64,000 nt of DNA from an uncultured Comamonadaceae bacterium. Lineage in GTDB: Bacteria > Bacteroidota > Bacteroidia > Flavobacteriales_D > Sanyastnellaceae. The position numbers were made by a program, and so were the translations under genes. The notes beneath the pieces are model-generated. The model was given only the letters and a program-made list of their open reading frames with translations, did no database searches and had not been told where the DNA came from. Shown piece by piece: positions 59,508-64,000 of this stretch. The stretch spans positions 7,786-71,785 of the forward strand of contig CAYMHW010000002.1 in NCBI GenBank assembly GCA_964390365.1, read 5' to 3'. Position 1 is the first letter of the stretch, and the number at the start of each line of letters is the position of its first letter.

Positions 59508-59537
59508 TACGTTCGTAAACTTTGGGCCGACGTTCGT
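59508..59537 (+). promoter_or_regulatory. LytTR/AlgR-type direct repeat: TACGTTCGT, 12-nt spacer, GACGTTCGT
   Basis: 9-bp repeats at 59508-59516 and 59529-59537 with a 12-bp spacer, 29 nt upstream of the histidine kinase ATG. The core CGTTCGT equals the AlgR site core (CCGTTCGTC). Confidence 0.45.
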
Positions 59538-59566
59538 GAAGTTCACCTTGGGGTGACCGGGGACGG

Positions 59567-60637
59567 ATGTACTTTTCGGCCATGCCCGTTTCACAGGCTT
59601 TTTGGTCGCTCGAGTCCCTGCTTCAATTGGGATTCCTGGTGCTTGCCACCGCAGGTCTGGTTCTGTGGGTGATGCAGTGGCACCACGCGCGTCGGTTGCC
59701 CAAGCCTTTCCCCGGTTGGCTGCGGGTGTTGACGGCGGCCTTTGCGGTTTTTGCCCTGGGGAATTGGCTTTGGTCCATTGGGCATTCGGCAGGATGGATG
59801 CAGGCAGCCCCTTGGTTGCTGGGCTCATCTTTCGCAGCGCTCGTAGTGGTGTTGATGTTGCATCGCCGGGGCATGCAGCGCATTGTTTCTCAGACCATTC
59901 CGACGTCCGATGGGCGGTTCATTGAGGAGATCATCTTGGCCCAGAGTTTGGCCCAAATCCAGAAAAACAATGCCCTGCGGGAGACCCTGCGCAATGCCAA
60001 ACGAGAGCACCTGCGTTCGCAAATGAACCCCCATTTCCTGTTCAACGTGCTGACGGGGATCCAACACTTGATCATGGAGGGGGAGACCGAGCGCGCATCG
60101 GACTTGTTCCGTCGGTTTCGGCACCTGCTCATGCAGGGATTCCTGACCGGGGAAAACAACACGGGCACGTTGGAGGAAGAACTCGAACACGTCGAAAGCT
60201 ACCTCGAACTCGAAGCCGTCCGGGTGACACGCCCCATTGCGTGGACGCTCGATGTGCACCACGACGTGGATCCTGGAACGACTCCCTGCCCTTTGTTTCT
60301 GATTCAGCCGTTGGTGGAGAACGCCATTTGGCATGGGCTGGACGGAGGGCAGACAAAGGACCCGGCCATCCGGATTGCCATCCAGTGGGAAAAGGACGAT
60401 GACCTCGTTATCCGGGTCGAGGACAACGGCAGGGGAATTTCGGAACCTTCCGAGCGCACCAAGCAACACACATCACGTGGGACCAGCATCGTACGGGAAC
60501 GCCTTTCCCTGCTCCCTCAGGGCGGTGAACTGCTCGTGGAAAACCGATGGAGTCTCCCCATGGCTTCACCCGGTGCGGTGTCCACCATCCGCCTTTTCCA
60601 ATGGCGGGACTACGCCTTGCAAGCCGCAGGCGCGTGA
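59567..60637 (+). CDS. LytS/YehU-type sensor histidine kinase (4 TM plus His_kinase plus HATPase_c), no adjacent response regulator
   Basis: H-box QMNPHFLFNVLTGI, N-box LVENAIWHG, G1 EDNGRGI. The downstream neighbour is convergent tsaD, 1 nt away. Confidence 0.88.
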   Translation: MYFSAMPVSQAFWSLESLLQLGFLVLATAGLVLWVMQWHHARRLPKPFPGWLRVLTAAFAVFALGNWLWSIGHSAGWMQAAPWLLGSSFAALVVVLMLHRRGMQRIVSQTIPTSDGRFIEEIILAQSLAQIQKNNALRETLRNAKREHLRSQMNPHFLFNVLTGIQHLIMEGETERASDLFRRFRHLLMQGFLTGENNTGTLEEELEHVESYLELEAVRVTRPIAWTLDVHHDVDPGTTPCPLFLIQPLVENAIWHGLDGGQTKDPAIRIAIQWEKDDDLVIRVEDNGRGISEPSERTKQHTSRGTSIVRERLSLLPQGGELLVENRWSLPMASPGAVSTIRLFQWRDYALQAAGA

Positions 60638-60638
60638 T

Positions 60639-61643
60639 TCAGAAAGGCAAGCGCGGATCCGCAGCCGCATCCAGGCTCCCGCGAACGCCGGCTTCCCATC
60701 GCAACACCCCTGCCATCCCGATCATGGCCGCGTTGTCGGTGCAGTAAGCAAACGGGGGAACGTGGACCTCCCAGCCCAGTTGTGCTCGCCGCTGTTCAAG
60801 CGCTGCGCGCAGTCCTGAGTTTGCGCTCACGCCTCCGGCAATGGCCACTTCGCGAATGCCCGTGGCATCAACTGCGGCCTCCAACTTTTCCATGAGGATG
60901 CCAATGATCGCCGCTTGAACGGAAGCGCAGATGTCATGAAGCCGGCGGGTGACGAACTCGGGGTCTTGCTTCAGCTCGCGTTGAAGAAAATGGAGGATTT
61001 GGGTCTTCAGCCCGCTGAAGCTCATGTCGAGCCCTTCGATGCGGGGGTGGGTGAACGCAAACGCATCAGGGTTTCCCTCCTTCGCGTAGCGGTCCACGAG
61101 GGGGCCACCGGGATATGGTAGTCCCATCAATTTCGCCACCTTGTCGAACGCCTCGCCTGCCGCGTCGTCGCGGGTAGATCCAATAACTTCCAAGTTATTC
61201 GCACCGCGTACGACCACCAATTGCGTATGACCGCCAGATACCGTCAAGCACAAAAAGGGCAACCGAGGTGGGGGGCCAGGTTCCAGGAAATGCGCCAGCA
61301 CATGGGCGTGCATGTGGTGAACCGGAACGGTGGGCAATCCCCGCGCCCAAGCCCAAGCCTTGGCAAACGAACTCCCGACCAGCAAGGAACCGAGCAAACC
61401 GGGGCCTTGGGTGTAGGCCACCGCATCGAGGTCCTGCGCCTCGATGCCGGCATCGCGCAAGGCCGCCTCCACCGTCGGAACCAAATGCGCTGCGTGAGCG
61501 CGGGAAGCCAACTCGGGCACCACCCCGCCGTACTGCGCGTGCACCTCTTGGTTGGCCACTCGGTTCGACAAGACCGAACGGTCCCGGACCACAGCCACAC
61601 CCGTGTCGTCACATGAGGATTCGAAGGCGAGTACAATCGGCAT
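60639..61643 (-). CDS. tsaD: tRNA N6-adenosine threonylcarbamoyltransferase
   Basis: ATG at 61643 gives MPIVLAFESSCDDTGVAVV. HHMHAHVLAHF metal site, VSGGHTQL, GGVSANSGLR. Confidence 0.93.
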   Translation of the reverse strand: MPIVLAFESSCDDTGVAVVRDRSVLSNRVANQEVHAQYGGVVPELASRAHAAHLVPTVEAALRDAGIEAQDLDAVAYTQGPGLLGSLLVGSSFAKAWAWARGLPTVPVHHMHAHVLAHFLEPGPPPRLPFLCLTVSGGHTQLVVVRGANNLEVIGSTRDDAAGEAFDKVAKLMGLPYPGGPLVDRYAKEGNPDAFAFTHPRIEGLDMSFSGLKTQILHFLQRELKQDPEFVTRRLHDICASVQAAIIGILMEKLEAAVDATGIREVAIAGGVSANSGLRAALEQRRAQLGWEVHVPPFAYCTDNAAMIGMAGVLRWEAGVRGSLDAAADPRLPF

Positions 61644-61663
61644 GATTTTCGATTGAAGAAGGC

Positions 61664-61671
61664 CAAAGTTA
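61664..61671 (-). promoter_or_regulatory. Candidate -7 box TAACTTTG 20 nt upstream of tsaD
   Basis: Perfect TAnnTTTG on the reverse strand. Confidence 0.4.
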
Positions 61672-61706
61672 GGCCCTGTTCTCGGGGAATCCCGTAATTT
61701 TTCACC

Positions 61707-64000
61707 GTGAAATCCTTTCGCCGCCGACTCCTCCATGTGCTCTTGGGATGGTTGCTGCTTGTGGCCGTGATTGCGGGCCTGTTGCACGTGCCTGCGGTCC
61801 AGCGGAAGGCGGTGCTTTCCGTCAGTTCATGGGCCGAGTCCGCCACGGGTTTGAATGTGGAACTCGAGGGCGTGCACTGGATTTGGTGGAAAGGCCAAAT
61901 CCAATTCACCCGCCTGGCCATCAACGCCACCGACGGCACCCCGATCGGCGCCACCTCATCGCTCGGCTTGCGCGCGGCTTGGCCGCAGGATGGGGTTTGG
62001 ACACTTCACGGAATCCAACTCCGAGGCGGGTTCTTGAACTTGGAATCCCTCGCGGACTGGAGCTCGAGCCGCCCGCCCTCCGATGGTCCTCCCCCTTCGA
62101 TCGAAATCAAGCACCTTTCCGTCGAGGACTTCGAGGTGCTGCTGCCTGATTCCGTGCTCGGCGGAGGTCGCTTGCGGTGCCAAGTCCGCGCTCCGAACAT
62201 CACCTACATTGGCGGCAACAGCGAACTGGTCCTCGAATCCGCCGACATCGATTGGGACTCCCAAGGGGAACGCCCGGCCGGACAAGTCGAATTGCGCAGC
62301 GTCCACCTCACCGCATCGTCCGACGAATTGAAAGCCGATTGGGCGTCCATTCGCGCTTTGGGTTGGCAGGTTTCCGGTTCCGGTTCGTGGGAGTTCAGCG
62401 ACGTATTCCAATGGCCCGATGCCACCGTGAATTGGCAGTATGATCCGGCCGCCGGGCAGGCTTGGTGGGATGCGCTTCCGCTTGATTGGGGCCAGGCGTG
62501 GTGGGCCCTCGATTCCCATTCTGGCCAAATCCGATCCACCCCATCCACCCTCAGCATCCCCTCCGCCAAGCTCCCTGCTGGCCTCACCCTCGCGGCTCCC
62601 CTTTCAGCCCGCTGGGACTCGACCCCACTCCCCCTTGACATCGAAGGAGCCCTGCACCTCCCCTTGGACACGCTCATTCCTTGGCTCGAAGCCCGGTCGC
62701 CCGCTACCGCCGCCTCCCTTCCGCTCTTGGAATTGCGGGCCTGGCTTGGCGCACGCCCCGCCCTGCAATTCCAACTCCAACCCGACTTCACCGGCTTCCT
62801 GACCTTGCGCACGGCGGCTGATGCCCCGCGGATCGAACTCACAGCCCGGAACGGAGGGCGCGAAGCGGACCTGCGACTCGATGGCATCCGCCCTGCCCAA
62901 TGGCAGGCCCCCGGCCCGTCGGCCTTGCAAATCACCGCTCACGTCACTTCCGATGCCCCCCTGCCCGAAGCTGTCGCCTTCGAGGTGGAAGCTGGCCTCG
63001 CACACAATGACCCCGAGTGGCCCCTCCAACGGTTTGCCGTGAATTGCAGCGTGGATGGGGAATCCCGTGCGTTGCGAGGCACCGCAACCTCGTCCGGCGA
63101 GCGCGATCCGTTCTCTGCCCGTTTCGAAGGCGAACTCGAAGAAGATCGCTGGGAATTCCGTTGGAACGGTGAATTGAGTGGGCTTCAATTCGCCTCGGAC
63201 TGGACGCTGCACGGCGCCTGGTCGGGAGCCGTTCGGCGCGATGCCGCGCATTCCCTCCACAGCCGGCTCTCGCTCCGGAACCTCATCCTCCTCGATGGTG
63301 GCCGCCCCACTTCGTTTGAGCGCCTCGACCTCATCGGAGAATGGGATGGCGACTTCGTGGATGCGCGCTGGGAGTCGGATTTGGGGACCGGTGATGTCCG
63401 CGCCACCACGGACGCCGATGCCTGGCAATCGTGGTGGACCTGCTTGCAAGATCCCGCCTGCACCCTCGAAACCCCCGAATTTCACGCGGACCTCCAAATC
63501 CGACGCTTCGCCCCCATCGCCCTCCTCCTCGGACAACCGATTGAAGTAGCGGACGGCACCCGATTGGAAGCCGACAGCCGGAGCGATGGATTTCGCGTCT
63601 CCGGTTCGAGCGATCGGCTGGCGTTCGGCGAATGGAACGCCCTCGGCCTGTTCGTTCAAGCCGACAGCTGGAACCGTGACGTTTACGCCAACCTTGCCGC
63701 CGACTCCATTCGGCAAGGCGACGAGGTTCGCGCCCGAAACTGGACGATTGACCTGCACGGAGACACGCTGTTCGCTGCCGATGTGGAGTGGATGGGCTGG
63801 GGAGACGCCCCCACCCGCCTGCGCATCGAAGCCGCACCCAACGAGGAGGCGTGGAACTTCTCCCTTTATGAGGCGAGCGTTCCCTGGCTCGAGGAGCGAC
63901 TTGAATTGGTCGATGTTCCAGCCGAATTGACCCTGACGCCGGGCACCCCGACGCGCTGGGACTTGGAAGGCTTGTCGTGGGGAACTTCGGGTGCACGCCT
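61707..64000 (+). CDS. Large N-terminally anchored envelope protein, probably TamB/AsmA-like (partial, continues past the right edge)
   Basis: My translation from the GTG at 61707 (in-frame TAA at 61695) stays open for about 764 codons to the window end: VKSFRRRLLHVLLGWLLLVAVIAGLLHVPAVQRK... with one TM anchor, then Trp-rich beta-like sequence. The divergent tsaD/TamB arrangement is common in Bacteroidota (recalled). Missing from the ORF track, presumably because there is no stop. Confidence 0.6.
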   Translation, partial: MKSFRRRLLHVLLGWLLLVAVIAGLLHVPAVQRKAVLSVSSWAESATGLNVELEGVHWIWWKGQIQFTRLAINATDGTPIGATSSLGLRAAWPQDGVWTLHGIQLRGGFLNLESLADWSSSRPPSDGPPPSIEIKHLSVEDFEVLLPDSVLGGGRLRCQVRAPNITYIGGNSELVLESADIDWDSQGERPAGQVELRSVHLTASSDELKADWASIRALGWQVSGSGSWEFSDVFQWPDATVNWQYDPAAGQAWWDALPLDWGQAWWALDSHSGQIRSTPSTLSIPSAKLPAGLTLAAPLSARWDSTPLPLDIEGALHLPLDTLIPWLEARSPATAASLPLLELRAWLGARPALQFQLQPDFTGFLTLRTAADAPRIELTARNGGREADLRLDGIRPAQWQAPGPSALQITAHVTSDAPLPEAVAFEVEAGLAHNDPEWPLQRFAVNCSVDGESRALRGTATSSGERDPFSARFEGELEEDRWEFRWNGELSGLQFASDWTLHGAWSGAVRRDAAHSLHSRLSLRNLILLDGGRPTSFERLDLIGEWDGDFVDARWESDLGTGDVRATTDADAWQSWWTCLQDPACTLETPEFHADLQIRRFAPIALLLGQPIEVADGTRLEADSRSDGFRVSGSSDRLAFGEWNALGLFVQADSWNRDVYANLAADSIRQGDEVRARNWTIDLHGDTLFAADVEWMGWGDAPTRLRIEAAPNEEAWNFSLYEASVPWLEERLELVDVPAELTLTPGTPTRWDLEGLSWGTSGAR

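Noticed and set aside
62604-63758. 384-aa minus-strand ORF and other fragments between 61.7 and 64 kb
   Set aside because: They are antisense to, or out of frame with, the continuous plus-strand TamB-like frame that is open across the whole interval.

Overview
This is a GC-rich, densely packed chromosomal segment of Bacteroidota type. The taxon call rests on a T9SS type-B sorting domain, a GldM_C-like protein, two DUF1573 proteins, CarboxypepD_reg/TonB-dependent receptor genes, TAnnTTTG promoter boxes and no obvious Shine-Dalgarno use. I call about 50 protein genes, almost all housekeeping.

Gene content:
- Replication and repair: ligA, uvrA, ung, parE-parC, an SF2 helicase.
- Translation: prfC, prmC, hisS, tsaD, nusB.
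- Envelope: lpxB, SpoIID, a TamB-like protein, and a LysM/SGNH/SGNH/MBOAT module.
- Chaperones: htpG plus a J-domain protein.
- Sulfide handling: type II SQR, thioredoxin, rhodanese.
- A TonB-dependent receptor / lectin-T9SS / di-heme peroxidase cluster.

I saw no rRNA, tRNA, CRISPR array, transposase, integrase or phage-like genes, so there is no clear mobile or defence island.

Notes on the ORF track:
- It contains many long spurious antisense ORFs, as expected for high third-position GC.
- It over-extends several N-termini into upstream genes.
- It misses three things I support from the sequence: a large TamB-like ORF open to the right edge (61707..64000), a gene start at the left edge (1..81, minus strand), and a 53-codon lipoprotein ORF (51404..51565, minus strand).

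Genome organisation:
- Twelve gene junctions use ATGA start/stop overlaps.
- Several convergent gene pairs have zero or negative spacing.

I cannot demonstrate a new system from sequence alone. The items most worth follow-up are:
1. A roughly 165-residue insertion inside the HhH region of LigA, next to a DEDDh-exonuclease/BRCT gene.
2. An AlgR/LytTR-type direct repeat (9 bp, 12-bp spacer, 9 bp) upstream of an orphan LytS-type histidine kinase.
3. A perfect 14-bp palindrome between ung and the divergent helicase.
4. MeaB translationally coupled to a degenerate (His-less) LytS-type pseudokinase.
5. A recurrent TAnnTT[C/T]G-N4-ATG geometry that implies leaderless mRNAs.
6. A LysM/pseudo-transglycosylase, SGNH, SGNH, MBOAT module.
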